A stretch of 59,041 bases of DNA from Acholeplasmataceae bacterium (GCA_012837585.1 DUQW01000017.1:1-59041), one strand, 5' to 3'. Shown: positions 17,674 through 27,594, counted from the stretch's first letter. The notes: generated by a model not told the origin, from the sequence alone. Translations and numbers: made by a program.

Positions 17674-18586
17674 TGACGTTTTAAAAATAATTGGAAAAGT
17701 AGATGCTGTTAATCAAGGATTAACTTTTTATAATACTACTGTTTTCGATGAAAATAGAAAAACTGTAAATATTAAATTAAGAGAAGGTATTGATAAAGTT
17801 ACTTTAGGCCAAATTTATGAATTTACGGTAACTCGTGAACCAAATGAAAGAAAAGAAGATGAGTATATCTTAATGGCTAATGAGATTAAAGAAATTGAAG
17901 AAGTATTAGATGTTGATGAAATCACGAGACTTTATCGCATCTTTTATGATTATGCTCCAATTACCTTAGAAAAGTTAAAAAATGAAATTGAAGGCTATTT
18001 AAATAAAGTAGAAAATAAAGTGTTATTTGATATTACTAAATCAATCTATGAAGAATATAAAAATAAATTTTATATTCATCCAGCAGCTACTAAATTTCAT
18101 CATACATATATTGGTGGATTAGCTTTCCATACATTAAATATGTTGAAAATGGCTGAAGATATGTTAAAGATTTATACATATATGTCTAGTGACTTGTTGT
18201 ATTCAGGAATTATTTTGCATGATATTTGCAAAACTTTAGAAATTACTGGGGTTGACGGCGAATATACAAACGAAGGATTACTACTTGGTCATATCGTAAT
18301 GGGTGTTAGTAAGATTGATGAAGTTTCAAATAAATTTGGATATCAAAAAGAAGAAGAAGTTTTATTATTAAAACATATGATTGTTTCACATCACGGACAA
18401 ATGGCTTTTGGATCTCCAAAGCACCCTCAAATAGCGGAAGCATTACTACTTTGGTATATTGACACGATTGATTCTAAGTTCCAAGTTATTGGTGAAGTTT
18501 TACATGATACGGTTGACGGGGTGTTTACTCCTGGTATCCCAGTAGCTGATAAAGGAAGATTTTTAAAACATAAATTAACTAAGTAA
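17663..18586 (+). CDS. yhaM: 3'-5' exoribonuclease YhaM (OB-fold + HD domain)
   Basis: 307 aa. N-terminal OB-like region and HD-domain motifs (HHTYIGGLAFH, LHDICK, SHHG). Confidence 0.85.
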   Translation: MKNNDVLKIIGKVDAVNQGLTFYNTTVFDENRKTVNIKLREGIDKVTLGQIYEFTVTREPNERKEDEYILMANEIKEIEEVLDVDEITRLYRIFYDYAPITLEKLKNEIEGYLNKVENKVLFDITKSIYEEYKNKFYIHPAATKFHHTYIGGLAFHTLNMLKMAEDMLKIYTYMSSDLLYSGIILHDICKTLEITGVDGEYTNEGLLLGHIVMGVSKIDEVSNKFGYQKEEEVLLLKHMIVSHHGQMAFGSPKHPQIAEALLLWYIDTIDSKFQVIGEVLHDTVDGVFTPGIPVADKGRFLKHKLTK

Positions 18587-18603
18587 AATGGCTTTGTAAA
18601 AAC

Positions 18604-18631
18604 AAAAGAGACTCTTGCGAGTCTCTTTTTT
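18604..18631. terminator. bidirectional terminator between yhaM and the convergent lipoprotein gene
   Basis: aaaagagactc / ttgc / gagtctctttt, with an A run on one side and a T run on the other. Confidence 0.85.
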
Positions 18632-18648
18632 ATTTATATAGGTGTGAA

Positions 18649-21474
18649 TTAATTAAATACTTCGAACCAAGTTCCCCATAGAGCATCAAATGCATCGTTA
18701 CCAGTTCCTAATTGATAGTTGAATAATTGTGCTTTATTGGTTTCTCTCATAGCGTTAAACTTATCTGTAGAAGTTTGTTTAGCAAATGTTAATCCTTTAG
18801 AAGCTAATAAACGATAGTTAATTTCGTTTTTCATATTTGAACTTTCATATTTAGATTTAATTTGACCAAATTGTCTTTGAATTGCAGAAGATACTCTAAT
18901 TTGAACGTTGTATTCTGAGGCAGATTCTTTTAAGTAAATTTCAATTTGTTTTGCATTAACGATGTCGTTTTCGTTAGATCCATCTAACTTAACGCCATTT
19001 TCATCTTCAATTTTTGATAAGTGTGATTCATCTTCTCTAACTTCTAATTTAGCTGATGGCATTTTGTTATCAACGCCAGTAGCCATAATTAAGTGCCATC
19101 CGAATGCAGTTTGAATCTTTTCAATGTTTCCTAATGTATTTTCAGGGTTTAGTGGATCAAATGCTACATCGCCTTCATTATAGAAGTCTAGGTATGGGAA
19201 TTGAGAAGTAGTATAATCTTGAACGATTTCATAAATTGCTTTAGCGCGAGTATAGAATACTTCGTCTAATCTAGATTGACTTGTTAAGAAGTTAGAAGAG
19301 TTAGAGATTTCACCTAGTGTTTCTTGTTTTAGTCTAAATCCAAAGCGTTTGTATTCAGCCCATTTACTTTCTAATTCATATGGATCAGTTGAGCTTAATC
19401 TTGTTGAATCGTTAAAATCAGCAATTAATCTTTCGATACCTTTTTGTTCAGATACTTCTTTACCAATGCGATCAAAGATTGCTTTGATTAATCCTGGTAA
19501 TAATTGTTGCGCTTCAGCTAACACAGCAGCATCTAATTTATTAGGGTTATCTGGTGTACCATCTAAGTCTAAATCTAAGTAAATTAATACGTGTGAAGAA
19601 TTTAGTGACCAGTAGTTGTTATATTGTAATGCTGATAAGTCGGCGAATTTTTGATAAATTTCTTTACCATAGTGAGCTTCGTAGTCTTTTTCAAATAATT
19701 CATTTAATTTAGGTAAAACGAATGCTTTTTCGATTGCTTCGTCAACTGATGTTGCACGGAAAGCAAGTAATAAGAATTGATCTCTACCAATGTCAGCTGG
19801 ATAACCACTTTGTGTATATTGGTTTTGACTAAATGCAACTAACATGTTTTTCATTGATTCTTCGTTAGATTTTTTAGTTTCAGCATCAATTTGATCTAAA
19901 TATAAGTCTTTTAAGATTTTATTAGTCATTAAGTCTTGAGCGATTGAAACACCAAGTGTTTTTTCAGCTTCTTGGAAGAATTCATCAACAGTAATTGTGA
20001 TATCACCAATTTCAACTAATGTATTATTATCTTTAACTTTAGTTGCACCTTTATATTCGTTTGAACGAGAATATACAGCTCTTAAAACTGGGTCATAAAT
20101 GTTTAATTTATTTTCTTTGTTATATTCAGCTAATTTTTCGTTAATATAAGTGTCGTGTAATCTCTTTTCAGCCATTTCTGTTTTAATTTCAGCAATTAAT
20201 TCATCATTACCATCTAAGAAAGCATCTTCATCTTCATTTAGAATCCCTTCTTCATCAGCAGAATTATCACTAAATTTATAAACTAAGTAAACATATTCAC
20301 CAAAAGTGTTTGGTCTTTGTGAGTATTGAATGTTGTTTGGATTGTCATCATCTGGAAGTTTTAAAGCTGTATAGATATGGCTTCTTAATTGAGTATTTTT
20401 GAAGTCTTCATATGTATGATCAACTTTAACTGGTGTATCATCAGAAGCATTTAATACAAAACCATCAACAACTTTTAATTGGTTGCTGTGAACTAAGTTA
20501 TGTGCTTTAACAATATACTCTAATACTTGTTCTTTAGTAAATGGCATATCAGGGTTACCTGAACGGTCTTCAGAGAATGTATAAGCGTCATAATATGTTT
20601 GGTAATCATCTTTAGAGATTTCAACTTTAGCATTTAATTCATCTTTAAATTTAATCTTTTTATTATTTAAGATATCTAAAATGTGTTTGTTATTAGCATC
20701 TTCGATTTCTGTAACAGTCATAGTTCTAATATCTGGTACTAAGAACCATTTACCACTTGAAGAGATTTTTAATGATAATTCTCTAAACGCAGCACGTTGT
20801 TCGTTTAAGTTAATAAATTCAGTCCAGAATGCAGAAACATCATAACGACCTTTACGGCTTGTCTTGTAATAATTAACAACATCTTCATCTTTAATGAATT
20901 GATCAGATTTTTCATCAGCTAATTCTTCATCAAGTTTTTCTTTAGCAAATAAACGAACTGCCATTTTTTGTTTGTATAAGTCTAATAAAGTAGTAGAATA
21001 GCCAGTATAAGTAGTAGTTTCATATAATTCAGTAACTAAATCATCTTTTTGGCTTGGTAAAATCTTACCAACAATTAATAAACTGTCAACATATGATAAT
21101 ACTTTAGATTTTTTATCTAAGTCTTGTTTGTTGTTTTCAACTAATATTTCAACATCTTTGTTTCCAAATACAGCACTATTAATTGCTTCTTCTAAAACTT
21201 TCTTATGATCTTCATTAGTATAATCAACCATATCGTAGTATTTAGCGAATACTTTTTCGTCTACCATAGTTTGTAATACCGAAAGACCATCAAAACGGAA
21301 TTCCTCGTATAATTCTTTTTGAGTTACTTTATGATTTCCAGCGCTTACGTACACTTCATCAGTAATACTGCCTGTTGGATATTTTTCTTTGTCTGTACAT
21401 GCAGTTAATAATGTAACTGAGAATAGTAGCAGTACTAGAATCATCAAGCTTTTCACAAATTTGTTCTTTTTCAT
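18649..21474 (-). CDS. very large PrsA/SurA-like foldase lipoprotein (parvulin-type PPIase-related)
   Basis: Start set at ATG 21474 (SD aaggag); the track's GTG 21486 lies inside that SD. Signal peptide with lipobox LLTAC. Two SurA-N-like modules. C-terminal parvulin-like signature SSHVLI ... AFGWHLIMATG. Confidence 0.75.
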   Translation of the reverse strand: MKKNKFVKSLMILVLLLFSVTLLTACTDKEKYPTGSITDEVYVSAGNHKVTQKELYEEFRFDGLSVLQTMVDEKVFAKYYDMVDYTNEDHKKVLEEAINSAVFGNKDVEILVENNKQDLDKKSKVLSYVDSLLIVGKILPSQKDDLVTELYETTTYTGYSTTLLDLYKQKMAVRLFAKEKLDEELADEKSDQFIKDEDVVNYYKTSRKGRYDVSAFWTEFINLNEQRAAFRELSLKISSSGKWFLVPDIRTMTVTEIEDANNKHILDILNNKKIKFKDELNAKVEISKDDYQTYYDAYTFSEDRSGNPDMPFTKEQVLEYIVKAHNLVHSNQLKVVDGFVLNASDDTPVKVDHTYEDFKNTQLRSHIYTALKLPDDDNPNNIQYSQRPNTFGEYVYLVYKFSDNSADEEGILNEDEDAFLDGNDELIAEIKTEMAEKRLHDTYINEKLAEYNKENKLNIYDPVLRAVYSRSNEYKGATKVKDNNTLVEIGDITITVDEFFQEAEKTLGVSIAQDLMTNKILKDLYLDQIDAETKKSNEESMKNMLVAFSQNQYTQSGYPADIGRDQFLLLAFRATSVDEAIEKAFVLPKLNELFEKDYEAHYGKEIYQKFADLSALQYNNYWSLNSSHVLIYLDLDLDGTPDNPNKLDAAVLAEAQQLLPGLIKAIFDRIGKEVSEQKGIERLIADFNDSTRLSSTDPYELESKWAEYKRFGFRLKQETLGEISNSSNFLTSQSRLDEVFYTRAKAIYEIVQDYTTSQFPYLDFYNEGDVAFDPLNPENTLGNIEKIQTAFGWHLIMATGVDNKMPSAKLEVREDESHLSKIEDENGVKLDGSNENDIVNAKQIEIYLKESASEYNVQIRVSSAIQRQFGQIKSKYESSNMKNEINYRLLASKGLTFAKQTSTDKFNAMRETNKAQLFNYQLGTGNDAFDALWGTWFEVFN

Positions 21475-21624
21475 AATATTTTTCACTCCTTAAGTTATTT
21501 CATAAAAATAATACAAGCATAAATAATATTATCATTTTTATTATATAAAAGCAAATCAAAAGTTAAGAAACGCTCTATTATTTAGTATTTATTAATACTA
21601 TGATAAAATATTAATGGTGAAAAT

Positions 21625-22398
21625 ATGGAAATTAGAGTACTAGCAAGCGGGTCAAAGGGGAATATTGTTTCATTAATTAGTGGCAAAAGCCACTTATTAA
21701 TAGATATTGGAATCTCTTATACCCGTACTAAGAAAAAATTTGAAGAATATAAAGTTGATATGGAATCAATTTGCGCGATTATCTTAACTCACGAACATAA
21801 GGATCATTCAAATGGTTTAAGAGTTTTTTTAAAAAATCATCCAAATGTAGTAACCTATTTAACAAGAGGAACAATGGACGGACTAGATAAAGAGACCAAA
21901 GAAGCATTAGAAAATTATATCTTTATTGAACCTGAAAAATCATTTACTATTAATAATCTTGAAATTTATCCGATATTAATTAGTCATGACGCTAATGAAC
22001 CAATAGGAGTTATCGCAGAAAATAACGGTAAAAAAGCCGTTTTTATCACTGACACTGGTTATGTTCACAAAGATTACTTCAACGTGATAAAAGACGCTGA
22101 TTTTTACTATTTAGAAGCTAATCATGATGAATTGATGTTAATGCAAACTCATAAACGCCCACATCATTTAAAAATGCGAATTTTAGGTGAAAGAGGTCAT
22201 CTATCAAACAATGAAGCAACCAAGTTGTTAAATGAAGTAATTAGTAAAAAACGTCCTATTTGGGCGGTTGCGCATATATCTGAAGACTGTAACACTGAAG
22301 AAAAAATTGAAGTGGCATGCGTTAAGAATTTTGATGATCCATTTAAAGTAAAATTAGTATATACTTCACAAGAATCAAGTGAGGTTATTAAAATATGA
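21625..22398 (+). CDS. MBL-fold metallo-hydrolase (YycJ/WalJ-like)
   Basis: 257 aa with HxHxDH motif THEHKDH. Synteny with rlmH as in Bacillus yycJ...yydA. Confidence 0.85.
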   Translation: MEIRVLASGSKGNIVSLISGKSHLLIDIGISYTRTKKKFEEYKVDMESICAIILTHEHKDHSNGLRVFLKNHPNVVTYLTRGTMDGLDKETKEALENYIFIEPEKSFTINNLEIYPILISHDANEPIGVIAENNGKKAVFITDTGYVHKDYFNVIKDADFYYLEANHDELMLMQTHKRPHHLKMRILGERGHLSNNEATKLLNEVISKKRPIWAVAHISEDCNTEEKIEVACVKNFDDPFKVKLVYTSQESSEVIKI

Positions 22399-22817
22399 AA
22401 ATTATTGCAGTAGGAAAGATTAAGAAAAAGTATTTATTAGACGGGATTGAATTTTACGCTAAACAAATCTCTAAACTTGAAATAGTTGAAATTAGACAAT
22501 CAACTACAGAAAAAGAAGGAAAAGATATTTTAGATAAAATTAGTAACCGCGATTACGTTATAGCCCTTGACATTAAAGGGAAAAAGTACGATAGCGAATC
22601 TTTTTCTAAAAAAATAGAAGAATTAAAATTAAATGGTGAAGATATCGTTTTTTTAATTGGTGGATCTCACGGGTTAAGTGATGAGGTAAAAAGACGAGCT
22701 AATGAAAGATTAAGTTTTTCAGATTTTACTTTTCCTCATGAATTATTTAGGTTAATGTTAGTAGAACAAATCTATCGCGCGGAATCTATTTCTCAAAATA
22801 AACCCTATCACAAGTAA
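22395..22817 (+). CDS. rlmH: 23S rRNA (pseudouridine1915-N3)-methyltransferase
   Basis: 140 aa, SPOUT fold, with MKIIAVGKIK start and IGGSHGLS motif. ATGA overlap with the previous gene. Confidence 0.9.
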   Translation: MKIIAVGKIKKKYLLDGIEFYAKQISKLEIVEIRQSTTEKEGKDILDKISNRDYVIALDIKGKKYDSESFSKKIEELKLNGEDIVFLIGGSHGLSDEVKRRANERLSFSDFTFPHELFRLMLVEQIYRAESISQNKPYHK

Positions 22818-22898
22818 AAAAACAGAAAATAATTATATTTTAATGAAATTATAATATAAAAATGATAAAATATCATTATGAGAAGGAGGGAAAATAAA

Positions 22899-23435
22899 AT
22901 GGCTAAAAAAGACAAAAAAGGATTTTTCCAAGGATTTAAAGAATTTATTTCTAGAGGTAATGTTTTAGATATGGCAGTTGGGGTTATCATTGGGGGCGCA
23001 TTTGGTAAAATTGTTTCTTCAATGGTTAACGATATTTTAATGCCACTTATTGCAGCATTATTTGGCAAAGCATCATTTACTGATTTATTCTCAATTATCG
23101 GGCCAAAAAATGCGGCTGATGGAACACCTTTAAACTCATTAGGATTAGCAGATGCTAGAGCGGCAGCAGCGGGTGTAAATGCAACGATCATTGCATGGGG
23201 GAACTTCATTCAAGTAGTTATTGACTTTTTAATTATTGCATTCTTCATCTATTTAGTAGTTATAGTAGTTGTTAAAGGCATCCAAAAGCGAGCTGAAGAA
23301 AGACGCTTAGCTCATAAAGCTGCTGAAGAAGCTGCAATAGCTGAAGAACCAGCAGAACCAGTTATTTCTGAAGATATTAAATTACTTACAGAAATTAGAG
23401 ACCAATTAAAAGATTTAAATAAGGGGAAAAAATAG
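22899..23435 (+). CDS. mscL: large-conductance mechanosensitive channel
   Basis: Start moved to ATG 22899 (SD gaaggaggg). FKEFISRGNVLDMAVGVIIGGAFGKIVSS closely matches the MscL N-terminus. Long charged C-terminal tail. Confidence 0.93.
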   Translation: MAKKDKKGFFQGFKEFISRGNVLDMAVGVIIGGAFGKIVSSMVNDILMPLIAALFGKASFTDLFSIIGPKNAADGTPLNSLGLADARAAAAGVNATIIAWGNFIQVVIDFLIIAFFIYLVVIVVVKGIQKRAEERRLAHKAAEEAAIAEEPAEPVISEDIKLLTEIRDQLKDLNKGKK

Positions 23436-23473
23436 ACTCAAATCTAAATCCACTCGAATTGGTACTTGAGTTT

Positions 23474-23496
23474 AAAAAGGTCTCCGGACCTTTTTT
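23474..23496 (+). terminator. terminator after mscL, 18 nt before the aro operon start codon
   Basis: aaaaaggtc / tccg / gaccttttt followed by T6. Confidence 0.7.
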
Positions 23497-23514
23497 ACTA
23501 AGTAGAAAGGATGC

Positions 23515-24300
23515 ATGATGAAAAAATTAAAAGTATTAAAAAAACATGATCATGATAAAACTATTGTTAAAGTTAAGGATGTAACTTTTAATGATGGCTC
23601 TTTTAACTTAATTGCTGGTCCTTGTTCAATTGAAGATTACAAATCTTTAGATAAAACTGCCAAGTTAATTAAAGAAAATGGTGGCAAACTCTTAAGGGGT
23701 GGGACGTATAAACTAAGAACATCTCCTTATAATTTTCAAGGACTAGGAAAAGATGGAATCGATATGTTATATGAAATTGGTAAAAAGTATAACTTAGTTA
23801 CTGTCTCAGAACTTCCTAGCATATGTGAATTAGATTTATTTATTGAAAAAATTGATATCATTCAAGTTGGTGCTCGCAATATGGATAACTATCCTATGTT
23901 AAAAGAGTTAGGAAAAATTAAAAAACCAATTCTTTTAAAACGAGGACCTTCGGCTACTATTGAAGAATGGTTATTAGCCGCAGAATATATTCTAGCTGGC
24001 GGTAATAATCAAATTATTCTATGTGAAAGAGGCAGCACAACTTTTGAAACTTATACAAGAAACACTCTTGATCTTTCGGCAGCATTGGCTGCGAAAAAAT
24101 TATCACATTTACCGGTGATTATTGATCCTTCTCATGGTACAGGAAGAGCTGATATGGTGAGTGATTTTACAAGGGTTTCAAAGTTTTTATCTTTTGATGG
24201 AGCCATTATCGAGATTCATGAAAATCCAGATAAGGCTTTAAGTGATGGTTTCCAAACTATTGATTTTGAAGAATACAAAGAATTAGTTAAATCTTTATGA
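23515..24300 (+). CDS. aroF: 3-deoxy-7-phosphoheptulonate (DAHP) synthase, type I-beta, no fused regulatory domain
   Basis: 261 aa. KDO8PS/DAHPS-I-beta-like motifs (AGPCSIE, LRGGTYKLRTSPY, IIDPSHG). Alternative ATG at 23518. Confidence 0.88.
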   Translation: MMKKLKVLKKHDHDKTIVKVKDVTFNDGSFNLIAGPCSIEDYKSLDKTAKLIKENGGKLLRGGTYKLRTSPYNFQGLGKDGIDMLYEIGKKYNLVTVSELPSICELDLFIEKIDIIQVGARNMDNYPMLKELGKIKKPILLKRGPSATIEEWLLAAEYILAGGNNQIILCERGSTTFETYTRNTLDLSAALAAKKLSHLPVIIDPSHGTGRADMVSDFTRVSKFLSFDGAIIEIHENPDKALSDGFQTIDFEEYKELVKSL

Positions 24301-25325
24301 AAACAGTATGTTTACCAAATTATAATATCTATATTGATAGGTCATTCGATAATTATGATCGTTTTTTAAGTGACTTAAAAGGAAATAAATTATTCGTTGT
24401 TACTGATGAAAATGTTTATTTTTTATACAAAGATACATTTGAATCTAAAATTAAAAATAAAGATATTTTTTGGTATGTTTTAATAGATGGAGACTGCTCA
24501 AAAACAAGCGAAAACGCATTAAATATAGTTGATTTCCTAATAAAAAATAAAGCTAAAAGAGAAGATGTATTAGTCTCTTTTGGTGGTGGTGTAATAACTG
24601 ATATTACTGGTTTTGTAGCTTCAATATATATGAGAGGAATTAACTTAGTTCATATCCCAACAACTATAATTGGTCAAATTGATAGTGCTATTGGAGGAAA
24701 AACATCAGTTAACTATGAACATTATAAAAATGTTATTGGAACATTTTATGATCCTAAATTAGTTATTTGTGAAACTAATTATTTAAAAACGTTAAATCAA
24801 CATGAGATTTTAAATGGACACGGCGAACTAATTAAGACAGGATTAATTGGTAATATTGACATTTTAAATAGTCTAGATAATAATGATGCGGTATATAATC
24901 CTCTGTTAATATCGATGGCAATTGAAGTGAAAAAAGGATTTGTCGTTAATGATTATTTTGATAAATCAGTAAGAAACACATTAAATTTTGGTCACACTAT
25001 CGGTCATGCGATTGAGACTTTAACTAATTTTGAAGTATCACACGGAGAAGCAGTCATTATTGGAATGCTTAAGTCAATTGAAGCGGGTATTTATTTAGGT
25101 ATAACTAATCCTAAATTATTAAATAATTTTAGTGAAATATTAAAAAATATTGGTTATAATGTACCAAAAATAAAGTATAGTGATTACGAAAAATACTTAT
25201 TTATGGATAAAAAAAGTAATGATGAGGGTATTAGATTTGTCTTTTTAGAAGATATATTAAAACCTAAAATTGAAATAATAAGTTGGAGTAAATTAAAAGA
25301 TGCATTGGTCAATACAGAAAAGTAA
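24297..25325 (+). CDS. aroB: 3-dehydroquinate synthase
   Basis: 342 aa. GGGVITDITGFVAS and IPTTIIGQIDSAIGGKT motifs. ATGA overlap. Confidence 0.93.
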   Translation: MKTVCLPNYNIYIDRSFDNYDRFLSDLKGNKLFVVTDENVYFLYKDTFESKIKNKDIFWYVLIDGDCSKTSENALNIVDFLIKNKAKREDVLVSFGGGVITDITGFVASIYMRGINLVHIPTTIIGQIDSAIGGKTSVNYEHYKNVIGTFYDPKLVICETNYLKTLNQHEILNGHGELIKTGLIGNIDILNSLDNNDAVYNPLLISMAIEVKKGFVVNDYFDKSVRNTLNFGHTIGHAIETLTNFEVSHGEAVIIGMLKSIEAGIYLGITNPKLLNNFSEILKNIGYNVPKIKYSDYEKYLFMDKKSNDEGIRFVFLEDILKPKIEIISWSKLKDALVNTEK

Positions 25326-27594
25326 TTTATCTGGAACAGTTACAATTCCTCCGTCGAAATCGTTAACGATTAGATCAATTATTACTGCAAGTTTAAGTGA
25401 TGGCGAGTCAAAAGTTTATAATCACTTAATAAGTGATGACACGACTGCAGTAGTAGAAGCTTTAAGACTTGCAGGAATTAAAATTGTTGAAAAAGAAAAT
25501 TATTTAATAATAACTGGTAATACTTTTGTGAATAATAAAGATGTTTTTCATATGCAATCAGGAGCGACCGCTTTTAGAATGCTTATCTTTGTTTTTCTAG
25601 TAAAGTTTAAAGAATTTAAAATTACCGCTAATAAAGATTTACTTGCAAGACCATTTGATACATTTGATAAATTTTTTGAAAAGTATAATATTAAATATCG
25701 TTTTGAAAATGATATTTATTATATTAATGGGAGTATAGAAGCCGGTCAATATGAAATAGAAGGTCATATTAGTTCTCAATTTGCTAGTGGGTTAACCCTA
25801 GCACTTTCAACCCTAGATAAACCTTCAACAGTTATCATAGAAAATGAACTTGTTTCTAAACCATATTTAGAAATGACTATTGACATGATTAACTATTTTA
25901 GTAATAATAAAGTTAAAATAAGAGGAAATTTACTTATTATAAATGGCGAATCTAACTATAAACCAAATGACTATATTGTTGAAGGAGATTATTCTCAATC
26001 AGCATTTTACTTAGTTTTAGCTACCTTGGGGTTTGATATAAAAATTAAGGGGTTACCTCAAAAATCACTTCAAGGCGATTATAAAATCATTGATTTTTTA
26101 AAACAATTCGGGGCCAATATTTCTTGGGAGGGCGACTTATTAAAAGTTGATTTCAGCAATCTTAAACCAGCTAGAATTGATATAGTTAATAATCCCGATT
26201 TATTCCTTCCTATAGGCGTTCTAGCCTCATTTATCGAAGGAGAAACTCAAATTTCAAATATCCAAAATTTAAGACATAAAGAATCAGACCGTGTAAAATC
26301 ACTTACTGATAATTTTGATAAATTAGGAATAAATTATGAAGCATCTAGTCGTATGATTTCAATTTACGGCTCAAACGAAAAAAGAAACATTGCAACACTA
26401 GATGGTGCCAATGATCACCGTGTGATAATGGCATTTACTGTGTTTGCCCTTGCATCGGGGCAAACTTATCTTATGAAAAATGTTGATATGATTTCAAAAT
26501 CATATCCTGATTTTCTAAAAGATATAAATAATTTAGGAGGTAAGATTAAAATGAAAAATATTGAAAAATTAAGAGAAGATATTATCAATATTGATAAACA
26601 AATGATAGAACTTTTTAAACAAAGATATGAAAACGTACTATTAATCAGTAATGTTAAAAAAGAACTAAATTTACCAATTGTTGATAAAGATTATGAAGCT
26701 AAGCAAATCAAGCGCCATCTTGAAATGTTAGGCGATAAATCTATTGAAAGTCAATATAAGGAGTTTTATACTAAAGTATTAGATATTAGTTATCAACTAC
26801 AAGAAGGTGTTCCTAAAATGGCTCTTATTGGTAAAGGTTTATCTCATAGTCTTTCTCCAAAATTACATCATATTATTGGTCGCTTAAATGACTTTAAATA
26901 TGATTATTTTACTTTAGAAATAGAAGATCATACTGAATTAGAAAATGCCCTTGATTTATTAAGAAAACACGAATATAAGGCATTTAACGTAACAACGCCA
27001 TATAAACGAGATATTATAAAATATTTAGACGTTTTAACTAATAAAGCTCATTTTACTGGTGTCGTTAACTTAGTTTATGTGAGAAACGGTCAATTAGTTG
27101 GTGATAATGTTGATTTTGACGGAATTGTATATTCACTTAAACAAATTGATATTAATCTTCAAAAACATCCAATTATTATTTTAGGAACCGGAGCAACTGC
27201 TCAAACAGTTGGAAGAGTTTTAGACGGGATGATGTTAGAATATACATTTGTTAGTAGAAACCCTAATAAAAAATCAAACTTGGAAAATGTTATCTCATAT
27301 GAAGAGTTAAAACATTTAAAACACTATATTTTAATTAATACGACTCCAGTTGGAATGTATCCAAATAGTAATGAAATGCCAGTAGATTTAGAAGAGATAG
27401 AAAAAGCTAGTTATGTTTTTGACGTAATTTATAATCCGGATCCTACTAAACTAGTTAGATTTGCTAAAATCGGAATGAACGGAAAAGATATGCTAATCGC
27501 TCAAGGAATTGCAAGTTTCAATCAAGTTTTTGATAAAAAAGTTGTTATTTCGAAAACTTTAGTTGAAAAAATAAAGAAGGAATTAAATGAATAG
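25300..27594 (+). CDS. aroA: trifunctional fusion: EPSP synthase (aa 1-417) + AroQ-type chorismate mutase (aa 418-506) + shikimate dehydrogenase (aa 507-764)
   Basis: Single 764-aa ORF. EPSPS motifs PPSKSLTIR, RHKESDR, NDHRVIMAF. CM module starts at ATG 26551 (MKNIEKLREDIINIDKQMIELFKQR). AroE module starts at ATG 26818 (GLSHSLSPKLH, FNVTTPYK). Each junction keeps an SD. Confidence 0.88.
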   Translation: MHWSIQKSNLSGTVTIPPSKSLTIRSIITASLSDGESKVYNHLISDDTTAVVEALRLAGIKIVEKENYLIITGNTFVNNKDVFHMQSGATAFRMLIFVFLVKFKEFKITANKDLLARPFDTFDKFFEKYNIKYRFENDIYYINGSIEAGQYEIEGHISSQFASGLTLALSTLDKPSTVIIENELVSKPYLEMTIDMINYFSNNKVKIRGNLLIINGESNYKPNDYIVEGDYSQSAFYLVLATLGFDIKIKGLPQKSLQGDYKIIDFLKQFGANISWEGDLLKVDFSNLKPARIDIVNNPDLFLPIGVLASFIEGETQISNIQNLRHKESDRVKSLTDNFDKLGINYEASSRMISIYGSNEKRNIATLDGANDHRVIMAFTVFALASGQTYLMKNVDMISKSYPDFLKDINNLGGKIKMKNIEKLREDIINIDKQMIELFKQRYENVLLISNVKKELNLPIVDKDYEAKQIKRHLEMLGDKSIESQYKEFYTKVLDISYQLQEGVPKMALIGKGLSHSLSPKLHHIIGRLNDFKYDYFTLEIEDHTELENALDLLRKHEYKAFNVTTPYKRDIIKYLDVLTNKAHFTGVVNLVYVRNGQLVGDNVDFDGIVYSLKQIDINLQKHPIIILGTGATAQTVGRVLDGMMLEYTFVSRNPNKKSNLENVISYEELKHLKHYILINTTPVGMYPNSNEMPVDLEEIEKASYVFDVIYNPDPTKLVRFAKIGMNGKDMLIAQGIASFNQVFDKKVVISKTLVEKIKKELNE

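Noticed and set aside
21560-21620. Short AT-only inverted repeats near promoters: tagtatt-tatt-aatacta upstream of the MBL gene, aatcat-ttgtaa-atgatt upstream of prfA, and tcacgtga at 6918-6925.
   Set aside because: Arms of 6-8 bp in about 70% AT DNA are expected by chance many times in 59 kb. I see no recurrence or positional pattern.
22808-23209. 133-aa minus-strand ORF overlapping mscL, and a 107-aa minus-strand ORF (37552-37875) overlapping flavodoxin.
   Set aside because: Both are mirror frames of locally GC- and Ala/Gly-rich coding sequence, which suppresses stops on the opposite strand. The sense-strand products match MscL and flavodoxin motif for motif.
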